From contig OZ249436.1 in the NCBI GenBank assembly GCA_965235115.1, positions 49,602,001 through 49,666,000 of the forward strand: 64,000 nucleotides of DNA, given 5' to 3'. The DNA comes from Laetmonice hystrix (taxonomy: Eukaryota). This document shows positions 62,411 to 64,000 of this stretch, piece by piece (the stretch's first letter is position 1; each line of letters begins with the position of its first letter). The notes beneath the pieces were generated by a model. It was not told the origin of the DNA. It did not search any database and saw nothing but the letters and a program-made list of their open reading frames with translations. The position numbers were made by a program, and so were the translations under genes.

Positions 62411-64000
62411 TTTCTCTCCCCGTATCAATGGGCCCGATTATTCTCACACCATATCAATGCGCCCTTGTAATTCTCACGTCAATCGCCCACCCTCGACTCG
62501 ACATGTACACGCCCTGTTGACGGCTCACGCCGGCCATTTTCACAATCCTCTCTCCTCACCTCGGCTGACAGCGCCGTCAGAAATCGAATGGTGCTTCCAA
62601 TACCTACTACTTTGGAGCGGTGTTTTCACAAGAAGCAAACATTACCCGACTTAGAAGCATTTGAAAGGCGCTCCCTCTTTAGATGCCAGATGACATACTG
62701 CATTTATACTTCCATGTTCTGTAGTGGATTTTTTTAAAGCTTAGACGTCTTCTATTGGTTCGCCTCAAGAGTTGCGGGCTGGCTATTGGACTTCTTTGAC
62801 AGCTTGACAGAACTAGATTATGAAAGAACTGACAGCGGCTGCTGTGCCGACGCGGATGTGGTTATGTGTTTAAGAAAAAAATGATAATCCATAAAGTCCA
62901 CAGCGCCTTTTTAATTGAGGCCCTTGAACACCACGCGCTTCACTCACATCGGAGGAAATCGTGGCAATGAATTATCATTAACAAAGAAACATGACTTGAA
63001 TTGTGTCAGTAAAGCTTGTTAATTCCTTTTTAGCTTCCTTTTTTATTTGTGACTTGGTATGTGAAATGTGAAAGGTTGATGTTCTTTAGAGGGAAAAAGA
63101 TACGGGAAGCTCTGTATCGTATAAGATAATCATTCAACACATACTTAACTCATAGACTCTATTAGCTCATGAATAGCAAGCTATAGGCCTAAGTTGAATG
63201 AACCCGTTCAAAGTGTCATGTTTGTACTTTGCTATTTAGACCTATCTTGATATGACGTCGATGTCGAAGCCGACGTCTATTTTACCATTCTGCCCCATGT
63301 CGTGCTAATTAATGACATTCACCATTCAAGTCCCCCAGGATCGATTGAATCGTAAAGTTCTGGGTGTCCATGGGACCCTAGAGGTGGAGCATGGAATGGT
63401 TGTAAAGGGTTTGAGACATGCAGTCTCTTTGTCTTATCTGAAAGATTGTTTTCAGGAGATTAACTTGGTCCAATCGCCTCGGTAAAGATCAACATGTAAA
63501 CATTGGCTCCTTGCCATTTTGTGGCCATCCCAGCTCACCCTGTAGTGTCTCTCACTGCCGTAACTGGTGGGAACGGTGCAGCAGTTCTAGAGAAGAGGAC
63601 AGATGCGTATCATCTCCGACCTGTCTTGAGGACCAAATCCATTTATTCCTTCTCAATGTAGCTCCCTGATTGGCGGACGCGCTCCGGTCGTCGTAACGTG
63701 ATTGGTTGAAGTGAATCGCGCCAAGTTCCCGCGAGAACTGTCGCTCAACGTCAGCTCCAGTTAACGCAGACGACGATATTGAGTAGGAGAGTGTTTGGCG
63801 GGAAACACCTCCAAGGGACACATAAAGATCTGCTGGATTGAGTAACAAATCGTGACGTCAACGTCCTTTGCACGCGGTTGAAGTGCAATGTTTTAGGCCA
63901 AGGGCCAGAGGTCTTGCTTTCGTTAACTTCAGATTGAGGATTGATCAGCCAATGGACAGACGTGTTCCGTGAGGTCTGCTGTGTGAACTGTTAGGGTTGA

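Overview
This is a eukaryotic, probably invertebrate (metazoan) genomic window. It is almost entirely non-coding and reads like the inside of a very large intron. I find only one well-formed coding exon: 57903-58071 (+), the N-terminal half of an Ig I-set domain, whose splice phases (1/2) and break point resemble the first Ig exon of neuregulin/Vein genes. About 12 kb is minisatellite or microsatellite, in about a dozen unrelated arrays, several with higher-order periods. There are also many non-autonomous DNA transposons: three TTAA-flanked Kolobok-like families (two present as pairs), a Harbinger-like MITE nested inside one of them, and CAGG-ended and GGTTA-ended MITEs. The most unusual observations are a perfect 32-bp hairpin insertion with CATAG termini and a 7-bp target duplication, an Ala/Thr-rich repeat ORF framed by TATA and AATAAA motifs, and a decayed, apparently intron-poor Cys-loop receptor (nAChR-like) fragment. 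I see no CRISPR array, operon, RNA gene or intact transposase, and I cannot support a claim of a new multi-gene system. All family assignments come from motif recognition by eye, not database searches.
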